Program-made: the position numbers and the translations under genes
Shown: positions 26,185 to 34,179 of the stretch, in pieces
Layout of the letters: every line of letters starts with the position of its first letter
Position numbering within the stretch: position 1 is the first letter of the stretch
The notes under the pieces: generated by a model
Database searches by the model: none
Seen by the model: only the letters and a program-made list of their open reading frames with translations
Told to the model about the DNA's origin: nothing
NCBI GenBank assembly: GCA_049322255.1
Contig: JBMORE010000019.1
Span: forward strand, 1 to 34,228
Direction: 5' to 3'
Origin: Myxococcota bacterium
Lineage (GTDB): Bacteria > Myxococcota > Myxococcia > Myxococcales > Myxococcaceae
Length of the DNA: 34,228 nt

Positions 26185-26757
26185 ATGCGGCGTTTCGCGG
26201 CGATGCTGCTTTTCCTCGCGGCTGCCCAGGCCCGGGCGGCCGAGCCTGCGGCGGTGGCGGGTGAGCGGCACGAGCGGGCACCGCGCAGCTACGCCAATTT
26301 GCGCGTGGGGGCCTCCAGCTCCAGCGCCCACCCGGAGCTGTGCCTCGAGGTTTCGCCCCTCGAATTGCTGGGCCTGGAAGCCTGCGGCACCGGCTCGGGC
26401 TTTCTCCACAACGACCCGGCGCCGGAAATTGCCCACTTCCGCAGCAAGTGGAAGCTCACCGACTGGCACACCCAAATCGGCTGGCTGCAGCCGCGCGTGG
26501 GCTTCGGCTTCGCCGAGCTTCAAGTGGGAGAAGACGGGGCGGGCTTCGACTTCGCCGGCACCGGCGTCACCGGGGTGGAAACCGCCGGCCCCGAGCTGGG
26601 CGCCTCGGTGCGCGCGTTGTGGCCGGTGTGGGGCGGCTTCGAGCTACTCGGGGAGCTCAACCTTTCGCTGGGCTACTTCCACCACGCCCCCCGGTTGCTG
26701 CTTCCGCAAAACCGGTGGCAGCCCTCGGCCAGCTTCACCCTGGGCTTCGGCTTCTAG
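26185..26757 (+). CDS. Hypothetical exported protein, probable small beta-barrel
   Basis: ATG at 26185. Signal MRRFAAMLLFLAAAQARA, alternating amphipathic strands, C-terminus FTLGFGF. Confidence 0.75.
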   Translation: MRRFAAMLLFLAAAQARAAEPAAVAGERHERAPRSYANLRVGASSSSAHPELCLEVSPLELLGLEACGTGSGFLHNDPAPEIAHFRSKWKLTDWHTQIGWLQPRVGFGFAELQVGEDGAGFDFAGTGVTGVETAGPELGASVRALWPVWGGFELLGELNLSLGYFHHAPRLLLPQNRWQPSASFTLGFGF

Positions 26758-27045
26758 GCCAGGCCCAGCTCGAGGTCGCCGACCCAACGGAGATGTTCGC
26801 CGAACGCTCCCGTCATGGCGTCGTAGAATTTCCGATCGGCGGTGACGAAGCGCCCTTCGTTCTGAATCGCCAAGACGAGGTAGAGACTGTCGTAGACGGT
26901 TCGACCCACGGCGGTCGCCAAATCAAAGGCGGGCCGCAACAACGGCTCGCTTGAATGTATCTCCAAGGGGAAAACGTCCAACGAGCGTAGGATTCCCTGG
27001 CCTTCTCGCGCGGAGAGCTCCTTCAGGCGCTGCAGCCAGCACGGA
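26754..27045 (-). pseudogene. N-terminally truncated VapC/PIN-domain toxin remnant
   Basis: AFDLATAVGRTVYDSLYLVLA..GRFVTADRKF matches the PIN C-terminal half. I found no N-terminal VxDxS strand, no plausible start and no antitoxin. The 5' boundary is approximate. Confidence 0.75.
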
Positions 27046-27088
27046 TTTGGGCCGCCTGGTGCTCGTGCAATCGAGCTCCGCTTTGCCT

Positions 27089-27117
27089 TTGCCCCCCGGC
27101 GCCGGCCCTCGTATCGT
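27089..27117 (+). promoter_or_regulatory. Sigma70-type promoter for the ECF sigma operon
   Basis: TTGCCC (27089-27094), 17-nt spacer, TATCGT (27112-27117), ending 9 nt before TTG 27127. Confidence 0.55.
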
Positions 27118-27126
27118 CGCGCCGCC

Positions 27127-27744
27127 TTGGCCACCGACGACCTCACCCTCGTCCAGCGCGTCAGAAGCGGCGATCAGCGGGCGTTCAAGCTCTTGGTGGA
27201 GCGCTACCAGCGCAAAATCTATTCGGTCGCCTTGGGGATGCTGCGGGACAAAGAAGAGGCGCTCGACGTCTCTCAGGAGGCCTTCGTCAAGGTCTACAAG
27301 TACCTCGACCACTTCAAGGGCGACGCCTCCTTCTACACCTGGCTCTACCGCATCACGGTCAACGTGTGCATCGATGTGATTCGCAAGCGCGGGGGCAGTG
27401 CCCGCGAGGCGGTGGAGTACGACGACTCGGTGGCCCACGACGCGTCCGAGGCGAACCTGGGCGCCTTGGGCTCCCGCTTGGGCACCAACCCCCAAAAGAG
27501 CGCCCTGCGCCGCGAGCTGGCCGAAAAAATCGAAGAGGCCCTCGCCCAAGTCCCGGAAAAGCACCGCGCCATCTTGTTGCTGCGCGAAATCGAAGGCATG
27601 AGCTACGAAGACCTCGCCCGCACCCTGGACATCCCCAAGGGCACGGTGATGAGCCGCCTGTTCCACGCACGCATCAAGGTTCAAAAAATTCTGAGTGAAT
27701 ACCTCGAGTTGGATGAAGCCAAGAGCGGGGTAGGAAACGAATGA
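27127..27744 (+). CDS. ECF RNA polymerase sigma factor (RpoE-like)
   Basis: GDQRAFKLLVERYQ, DVSQEAFVKVY, FYTWLYRITVN, LREIEGMSYEDLA..GTVMSRLFHAR. Confidence 0.96.
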   Translation: MATDDLTLVQRVRSGDQRAFKLLVERYQRKIYSVALGMLRDKEEALDVSQEAFVKVYKYLDHFKGDASFYTWLYRITVNVCIDVIRKRGGSAREAVEYDDSVAHDASEANLGALGSRLGTNPQKSALRRELAEKIEEALAQVPEKHRAILLLREIEGMSYEDLARTLDIPKGTVMSRLFHARIKVQKILSEYLELDEAKSGVGNE

Positions 27745-27779
27745 AATAACGAAGAAGCCCCCTCGTCTCTGCCCTCGTC

Positions 27780-28382
27780 ATGGCCGCCCATCCTGCTTGT
27801 CAGACCTTCATTCCCCAGCTCTCCCCGTTCATCGACGGAGAGCTCACCCCCGCCGACCGGGTGACGGTCGAGCGTCATCTGGCCGTGTGCAAGGAGTGCA
27901 CGATGCGCACCGCCGACCTACGCGCCGAATCGGGGCTCTTGCGGGTGGGCATGGAGATGCTCGCCGACGAGGTGGACTTCAAAGACTTCTCCCAGAAGGT
28001 GCTGGCCCGCATCACCCCAGACAAGCCGCCCTTCCTCGAGCGGCTCAAGCTTTCCCTCTCGGAAATGTTCCTTTACCAGCGGGGCACGATGCTGACCGCC
28101 CTGGCCACCGCGGCGGTGGTGATGCTGGTGGCTTTGCCCTTCCTCCTGCGTGGGGGCACCCCGGTGGGTTACGCCCAAAAACGGCTCGAGGTGCAGACGG
28201 TGCGCATCGACGACTCGGCGAACGTGGCCCCGGTGGTGATGGAAACCGACAGCGGCGACGCCATCGTCTGGACGGTGGAGCCTGTCCGCGAAAAAGACGA
28301 GCCCAAGAAGAACGAGGGCGATGAGGCGGCCAACGAGGAGCTGGGCATCGAAAAGACCAAACCCAAGGGAGGAGAGCTGTGA
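27780..28382 (+). CDS. Zinc-binding (zf-HC2) transmembrane anti-sigma factor
   Basis: LSPFIDGEL...HLAVCKEC (HxxxCxxC), one TM segment, directly downstream of the ECF sigma gene. Confidence 0.92.
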   Translation: MAAHPACQTFIPQLSPFIDGELTPADRVTVERHLAVCKECTMRTADLRAESGLLRVGMEMLADEVDFKDFSQKVLARITPDKPPFLERLKLSLSEMFLYQRGTMLTALATAAVVMLVALPFLLRGGTPVGYAQKRLEVQTVRIDDSANVAPVVMETDSGDAIVWTVEPVREKDEPKKNEGDEAANEELGIEKTKPKGGEL

Positions 28383-28858
28383 CGTCTTCGCTGGGCCGGG
28401 CGCTCTGCTTGGGAGCGCTGTTCCTACCCCTCGCCGTTCTCGCCGAGGGGCCGAAGGTCGAGGTGCTGGCCGAGGTGGTGCTCGCTTCGATGGAAGGAAA
28501 CCTCGTCGACCCGCCCTCGTTGGCGCCGATGCAAAAGAAGCTCGCCCAGCGCAAGAAGTACGGCTCGCTGCGCCGGCTCTCGGTGCAGAAGGTGGTGGTG
28601 GCCCAAGCGCCCTCGCAGCTCCGGCTCCCCAACGAGAAGGTCGCCACCTTCCAGCTCAAGGAGCTCAAGGAGGGCGTGGCCAAGGTGGAGGTGAAAGTGC
28701 CTCCGCTCTCCACCGTGTACACCCTGGGCCGCGAAGGTTCGCTGTACCAGGCCGCCGGGGAGCACCAAGGCGGCGACTTGTGGCTGGTGCTTTCCTCGTC
28801 CCAGCACGCACAGCCCCGCCGGGCGCCGGCACGACGGGCGCAACAACTAAAGCCATAG
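28379..28858 (+). CDS. Hypothetical exported protein, third gene of the ECF operon
   Basis: GTGA start/stop overlap with the anti-sigma gene, GGAGGAG upstream, signal peptide, typical codon usage. Confidence 0.8.
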   Translation: MTSSLGRALCLGALFLPLAVLAEGPKVEVLAEVVLASMEGNLVDPPSLAPMQKKLAQRKKYGSLRRLSVQKVVVAQAPSQLRLPNEKVATFQLKELKEGVAKVEVKVPPLSTVYTLGREGSLYQAAGEHQGGDLWLVLSSSQHAQPRRAPARRAQQLKP

Positions 28859-28896
28859 TTGACGGGCGGCTTCGTCGTCTACTATGTTGTTAGTTG
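28844..28896 (+). promoter_or_regulatory. Promoter with two palindromic operator boxes upstream of the BlaI-like gene
   Basis: CAACTA-aagcca-TAGTTG (28844-28861) and CTACTA-tgttgt-TAGTTG (28879-28896) overlap TTGACG (28859-28864) and TATGTT (28883-28888). Confidence 0.8.
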
Positions 28897-29301
28897 ATGG
28901 CTCGTCGAAAAAATCTTCCCCTCCTCACGCGCGCCGAAACCGAGGTGATGCGGCTGCTCTGGCAACACGGGCCTTCCACCGTGCAGCAGCTGATGGAGCG
29001 GATGGAGCGCCAGGTGGCGTACACCACCGTGCTCACCATCGTGCGAATTCTCGAGCAGAAGGGCTACATCGCCCACGCGCCGCACCCGCAAGGAGGCCGC
29101 GCTCACCTGTACCGGGCGGCGGTGGAGGACTCAGGCGTTCGACGGCGTCACGTGCGCGACTTGGTCGACCGGCTCTTCGGCGGCCGGGCCGACGGTTTGG
29201 TGGTCGGGCTCATCGAAGACGAGGCGCTCACCCGCGACGAGCTCGAGGGCCTGCGCGCGCGCATCGACCAGGTATTGGGACCGAAGAGGAGCAAGCCATG
29301 A
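28897..29301 (+). CDS. BlaI/MecI/CopY family transcriptional repressor
   Basis: LTRAETEVMRLLWQHGPSTV, AYTTVLTIVRILEQKGY, LVDRLFGG, LTRDELEGL. Confidence 0.95.
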   Translation: MARRKNLPLLTRAETEVMRLLWQHGPSTVQQLMERMERQVAYTTVLTIVRILEQKGYIAHAPHPQGGRAHLYRAAVEDSGVRRRHVRDLVDRLFGGRADGLVVGLIEDEALTRDELEGLRARIDQVLGPKRSKP

Positions 29302-30452
29302 ACCTCGAAGAGTTGGGTTGGGGCGTGCTGTGCGCCTACGTGGCGCTACCGCTACTGAGCTGGTCGGTGCGCGAAGCGACGCAGCCTTTCTCGCGCGCTT
29401 CGGCCCTCACGCTGGTCCTGGCCCTTTCGACCGTTTCGTTCGCCTTGCCGCAGCTGCGCTCGTTGAGCGTGGCGCAGGGGGTTGCGCTGCCGGCTTCGAC
29501 AGCGCCGTTGGTCGCCTCCGCGGTGGCGGCGGTGCAGTCCGCGCCTTACCGGTTGGGCTTCTTTGAAGCGGTAGGGGGCGGATGGCTCTTGTGGGTAGCT
29601 CTCGGCGCGATGGTTGCGCTGGTTCGCCAGCGCCGCGGGGAAAGGCTTTCTGTGCCGCCGCCCTGGGTGCGCGCGCGTGTGGAGGGTTTGGCACACGAGC
29701 TGGGTCTGACGGCTCCTGGTGTGGGGGTCGCCGAGGCAGGCGGCATCCCTCACCTGCGAGGCGTATGGCGGCCCACGGTGGTCGTTCCGCGCGTGGCGCT
29801 GGAGAGCCTCGACGAAAAGGCCGTCGGCTTGGTGTTGCGCCATGAGCTGGTGCATTTGTCTCGCGGCGACCACCTGCGTTTTGCTCTGGCCCGGTGGGTC
29901 GAGGTGCTCTTCCCCTTGTACCCTGCGGCGCGAACCCTCACCCGGCGGCTGCGGTCGGCCTGTGAAGATGCAGTGGACGAGCGGGTATTCGCTCATGCTC
30001 CCCGCGACTATCCCCGCGTGTTGGTCGACATGGCCGAGTTGCACCGCTTCGGCCCGGCGCAGCCTCCTCTGGTGGCGATGGCCGCCACCGAGCTCAACCG
30101 GAGAATCCGCATGCTCACCGTGTCTGCCCGGCGTCCGCCTGCGCAGCCCTGGTTGGCGTTGCTCATCTGCGCCGCCTTCACTGGCTCCGCATTGCTCATC
30201 CCGTCGACCCTCTTGGCGTCCAACGAGGAGAGCCACGACCTGCAGATGATGGCGGGGGAGTCGAGATTGTTGAACCTGACGTCAGACATCTCCCGGATCG
30301 CGGTAGGCAACCCCGACGTGGTCGACGTCGGCATCCACGAGCGCTCGGCGGTGAGCCTCCATGCAAAGGCGGCAGGGAAAACAACCCTCTTGGTGTGGAA
30401 CAAAGCCGGGCAACGGTCGGTCTACCAGCTTTCGGTGGCAGCAAAGAGGTGA
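29298..30452 (+). CDS. BlaR1-like M56 metallopeptidase with C-terminal pilus-secretin N-terminal-like (T2SS-T3SS_pil_N) domain
   Basis: ATGA overlap with the repressor gene, N-terminal TMs, GVWRPTVVVP, LRHELVHLSRGD (HExxH at 29841-29855), EDAVDERV, LNRRIRML, TM, then RIAVGNPDVVDV...AKAAGKTTLLVW. Confidence 0.9.
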   Translation: MNLEELGWGVLCAYVALPLLSWSVREATQPFSRASALTLVLALSTVSFALPQLRSLSVAQGVALPASTAPLVASAVAAVQSAPYRLGFFEAVGGGWLLWVALGAMVALVRQRRGERLSVPPPWVRARVEGLAHELGLTAPGVGVAEAGGIPHLRGVWRPTVVVPRVALESLDEKAVGLVLRHELVHLSRGDHLRFALARWVEVLFPLYPAARTLTRRLRSACEDAVDERVFAHAPRDYPRVLVDMAELHRFGPAQPPLVAMAATELNRRIRMLTVSARRPPAQPWLALLICAAFTGSALLIPSTLLASNEESHDLQMMAGESRLLNLTSDISRIAVGNPDVVDVGIHERSAVSLHAKAAGKTTLLVWNKAGQRSVYQLSVAAKR

Positions 30453-30469
30453 CCGGCGAGATCCGCCGG
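30453..30469 (+). terminator. Short GC hairpin after the M56 gene (possible terminator or stabiliser)
   Basis: CCGGCG-agatc-CGCCGG immediately after the stop codon. No U-tract. Confidence 0.3.
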
Positions 30470-30490
30470 GGCGTTGGGTAAGCTTCGGCT

Positions 30491-31831
30491 GTGACTGCGC
30501 TGGCCGTCCTTCTCGCCTTTGTCTCGACTCAAACCGACGTTCCGCCGGCCGCAGAGCCGCCGTCGACGGAGAGTCCGCCGGCGGCAACCGGCGCGGTGCA
30601 CTTCCGTGGCGCGTTGGAGACGCTCTTTCAGACCTTTCCTTCCGGCACTCCCGGCGGCCAGCAAGACCTCTTCGGCCACGCCACGCCCGTCTTGGCTTTC
30701 GACGGGGGCGAGGACTTCGCCTTCGAGCTGGGGGCCACCTTGCGCCTGCGGGTCTTCGACGACCCTCCCGAGCAGCGCCCCAACGACTACGGGCAGCTCC
30801 TGCGCCGGGAAGACTGGGACCAGACGAGCGACTACGGCCAGCTGATTCGCGAGCTGCGCATCGGTAAGGAGGACTCCGCCTTCTCTCTCTGGGCCGGCCC
30901 GGCACAGGGTTACACCCTAGGGCACGGACATCTGGTGGCGCGTTACTCCAACCGGGAGAACACCGACTACCACCCTGCGGCGGCGGGCCTCTCCTTCACC
31001 ATCGGCCCCACCCAGACCGAGCTCTTCGCCAGCGACTTCTTGGGCGCCCGCCTCTTTGCCGCGGAAGTGGACGCGGACATGGGCCGCATCCTCGGGGAAG
31101 ACCCCGCTGCTTTCGACCGCTACCATCTCTCCTTCTCAGTGGCCCACGATGCCGGCGTCGCCGGCGGCCGCGCGCCCCCGGTGACGCTGATGCATTTCGA
31201 CTTCGACGCCGCGCTCCATCGCGCCGGAGCGGTGCAGGTGTTCGCCTTCGCCGGCATCGGCTCGCGCATCTTCGTGCCCGCGGCCGACTTGGGCGCGGTG
31301 GCCGGTCTTTCGGTCGACGGCGCCACCGGGCCCCTGCGGCTGGGCGGAAAGTTCGAAGCGCGCAAACAAGGCGGAGGCTTCCGTCACGGAATGTTCGGCC
31401 CCGCTTACGAGCTGGCGCGTTTTGCCGGCACCGGCCTCGCTGGCGAACCGGTCGCCTCCGAGCAGCTGCCCGACGCTTTCTCCGGCTACGCCGAATTCCG
31501 AATCGCCAGCGGCGGCGAAGCGGCCCCCCCAGCCGAGCCGTTCGTCTCTTTTTCCGCCGCGGGTGAGTACTTCTCCTTTGGCCGCACCGACGCCGACGCG
31601 GCGCTGGCGATGCGCATCCTCGGGGGAAGGGGGCTGGCCACCCTGCGCGCCTCGGTCATCGGGGTGGGCGTGCGCCCGCGTTACGCCCTCGGAGGCGAGG
31701 GACGTTTTCGCTTCGCCCCCGCCTTCTACGCCGTAGCCGCAGGCGGCACCGTGTTCTTTCCGCAACCCGATTCCACACTCGTACGCGGGGTATACGCCGG
31801 CGCAGGAGTGGGCGTGGATTTCGAGCGCTGA
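30491..31831 (+). CDS. Hypothetical outer-membrane beta-barrel-like protein
   Basis: Hydrophobic N-terminus, Pro-rich linker, many Gly/aromatic alternating strands, ends GAGVGVDFER. Confidence 0.75.
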   Translation: MTALAVLLAFVSTQTDVPPAAEPPSTESPPAATGAVHFRGALETLFQTFPSGTPGGQQDLFGHATPVLAFDGGEDFAFELGATLRLRVFDDPPEQRPNDYGQLLRREDWDQTSDYGQLIRELRIGKEDSAFSLWAGPAQGYTLGHGHLVARYSNRENTDYHPAAAGLSFTIGPTQTELFASDFLGARLFAAEVDADMGRILGEDPAAFDRYHLSFSVAHDAGVAGGRAPPVTLMHFDFDAALHRAGAVQVFAFAGIGSRIFVPAADLGAVAGLSVDGATGPLRLGGKFEARKQGGGFRHGMFGPAYELARFAGTGLAGEPVASEQLPDAFSGYAEFRIASGGEAAPPAEPFVSFSAAGEYFSFGRTDADAALAMRILGGRGLATLRASVIGVGVRPRYALGGEGRFRFAPAFYAVAAGGTVFFPQPDSTLVRGVYAGAGVGVDFER

Positions 31832-31956
31832 AGCTCGGCTGACGACGCCGGAGGAAAGAGGAGGAAAGAGGCGCACCTTCCTCACCTTGTGCTTGGCGGG
31901 AGCGAGGGTCACTATGATTTGGGGATGTCGAGGGCGGGGAGGGCGGAGGCAGGCCG

Positions 31957-32397
31957 GTGCTGTTCAAAATCCTCATGTCGTTCGGCCTCGGGATGGTGGC
32001 AACCTCCTGCGGTCTCGTTCCTCCACCTGCTGAAGAGGAGGGCGCGCGCTGTCCCCGGTTACGCGGCAAGTACGCCGCCACGTTCCGTCTCCTCGAAACC
32101 GAAGGCACCTGCCAAGGCGCGAAGCAAGAGAGCCATGACCCGCTCGACTTCGATCCCCACGGCCGCTACGTGTCTCCGGTCGAGGGCCTCGTCCACTGCT
32201 CGACGCACCAATCCGAGTGCAAAGTGGAGGTGAGCTGTGGCTCGATGGCGCTGGGCAATGCGCGCGCGCGCCTCGACGCCGTGGTCTCGGAAGACGGAAA
32301 CACCTTGAGCGGCATCGGACGCGTCGAGGGCTCCTACCAGGGCTGTGTCCGGGTGGTGTACGAGGTGCTCGCGGTTCGCGCCGAAGTGAGCCGATAG
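31957..32397 (+). CDS. Small Cys-containing hypothetical lipoprotein
   Basis: GGAGG upstream of the GTG, lipobox-like VATSC, six further Cys. Confidence 0.7.
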   Translation: MLFKILMSFGLGMVATSCGLVPPPAEEEGARCPRLRGKYAATFRLLETEGTCQGAKQESHDPLDFDPHGRYVSPVEGLVHCSTHQSECKVEVSCGSMALGNARARLDAVVSEDGNTLSGIGRVEGSYQGCVRVVYEVLAVRAEVSR

Positions 32398-32448
32398 AGC
32401 CTCGAGCGCTTCCTGACCGATGGTGACGCAATGTAAGGTGCGCGGCGG

Positions 32449-34179
32449 TTGTTCGTGCGAAGGACCTTCATGGATTCCGTCGCTGCTCCCTCCTCCACCC
32501 CTCTCTCCCAGCTGGACAAGACGCTTGCCCGCGTGAAGGAGGGCGCTCGCCCGTTCGCCCGCCTGTCCCTCGAGGCACGCATTCGCCTCCTTCAGTCTGT
32601 GCGCGAGGGCTACCGCACCGTCGCCGAAGAATGCGTGCGCGCCGCCTGCGCCGCCAAGGGCATCGATTTCCATTCTCCTCTCTCGGGCGAAGAGTGGCTG
32701 CTCGGGCCGATGATTACCTTACGCACCGTGCGGCTGCTCCTCGAGTCCCTCGAGGACATCCGACGCCTGGGAGCACCGCGCATCGATCGCTCGTGGCTGC
32801 GCACGCTCCCGGACGGGCGGCTGGCGGTGAAGGTTTTCCCCACCACCTCGCTCGACGCCGTCTTGCTCGCCAAGCAACAGGCCGAGGTCTACATGCAGCC
32901 CGGGGTCACCGCCGAGAACCTGCGCGAGCACCAGGCCTCCTTCTACCGAAAACCGCACCAGGGCCGGCTGTGCCTGGTTTTGGGCGCGGGGAACGTGAGC
33001 TCCATTCCCCCGATGGACTGTCTGTACAAGATGTTCGTCGAGGGCATGGTGTGCGTGCTCAAGATGAACCCGGTCAACGCTTACGTCGGCCCTTTTCTCG
33101 AGCGCGTCTTCCAGGCACCCATCGACCAGGGCTACTTCGCGGTGGTGTACGGCGGCGCCGAAGAAGGGAGCTTCCTCGTCAATCACCCGCTGGTCGACGA
33201 GGTGCACATCACCGGCTCGGACAAAACCCTCGACGTCATGGTGTGGGGCCCACCGGGACCCGAGCACGACGAGCGCAAGAAGAAGAACCAACCCCTCCTG
33301 CAAAAAGGCATCTCCTGCGAGTTGGGCAACATCACGCCGGTCATCGTCGTCCCCGGCCCCTACGAGGAAGGCGAGCTGGCCTACCAGGGCACCAACGTCG
33401 CGGGCATGGTCGCGCAAAACGCCTCCTTCAACTGTACCGCGGCCAAGCTCCTGGTCACCTCCCGGTCTTGGAGCCAGCGGCAGCGGTTCATCGACTTGGT
33501 CGCCGCCGGCCTGGAGCGCGCCGGGCCACGCAAGGCCTACTACCCGGGCACACCAGAGCGTTGGACGAAGCTTTCTCAAGGGCGCGCGAAGGTGCGGCTC
33601 ATCGGCACCGAGAAAGAAGGAGCGCTCCCTTACGCGCTCCTGCTCGATGTGGATGCCACCCGGCTCGACGACACCGTCTTTTCCCAAGAACCCTGGAGCC
33701 CGGTGCTTTCGGAGACGGCGCTCGCCGGTGGCGACCCGCGGGAATTCCTCGAGGCGGCGGTGGACTTCGTCAATCGCCACGTGTGGGGCACGTTGGCGTG
33801 CAGCCTCATCGTGCACCCCAAGACGCACGCGGAGCACGGCCCGGCGGTGGAAAAAGCCATTGAGAAGCTGCGCTACGGCTCGGTGTGCGTCAACACCTGG
33901 TCGGGAGCGGCATACGGCCTGGGCACCGTTCCTTGGGGCGGGCACCCCAGCTCCACATTGCAGAACATCCAGAGCGGGCGCGGCTGGGTGCACAACACCT
34001 TCATGCTCGAAGACATCGAGAAGGCCGTTTTGCGCGCGCCGGTGAAGGCCTTTCCCATCGCTCCCTGGTTCCCCGGTCACCGCACCCTGCATCAACTGGC
34101 GAAAAAGCTGTTGGAGATGGAGCTCCATCCCAGTTGGCTCAAAGTTCCTGGCATCGCTGCGTCGGCGATGAGGGGGTGA
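32449..34179 (+). CDS. Aldehyde dehydrogenase family protein (start 32449 TTG or 32470 ATG)
   Basis: LGAGNV, VLKMNP, VHITGS, catalytic Glu in CELGN, catalytic Cys in FNCTA, LRYGSVCVN, PWGG. Confidence 0.9.
   Translation: MFVRRTFMDSVAAPSSTPLSQLDKTLARVKEGARPFARLSLEARIRLLQSVREGYRTVAEECVRAACAAKGIDFHSPLSGEEWLLGPMITLRTVRLLLESLEDIRRLGAPRIDRSWLRTLPDGRLAVKVFPTTSLDAVLLAKQQAEVYMQPGVTAENLREHQASFYRKPHQGRLCLVLGAGNVSSIPPMDCLYKMFVEGMVCVLKMNPVNAYVGPFLERVFQAPIDQGYFAVVYGGAEEGSFLVNHPLVDEVHITGSDKTLDVMVWGPPGPEHDERKKKNQPLLQKGISCELGNITPVIVVPGPYEEGELAYQGTNVAGMVAQNASFNCTAAKLLVTSRSWSQRQRFIDLVAAGLERAGPRKAYYPGTPERWTKLSQGRAKVRLIGTEKEGALPYALLLDVDATRLDDTVFSQEPWSPVLSETALAGGDPREFLEAAVDFVNRHVWGTLACSLIVHPKTHAEHGPAVEKAIEKLRYGSVCVNTWSGAAYGLGTVPWGGHPSSTLQNIQSGRGWVHNTFMLEDIEKAVLRAPVKAFPIAPWFPGHRTLHQLAKKLLEMELHPSWLKVPGIAASAMRG

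Noticed and set aside
124..26757. CTAG shared by convergent stop codons at both relics (124-127 and 26754-26757) as an IS target duplication
   Set aside because: The sites are 26 kb apart with core genes such as dapD between them, and there are no terminal repeats. Overlapping TAG stops explain both.
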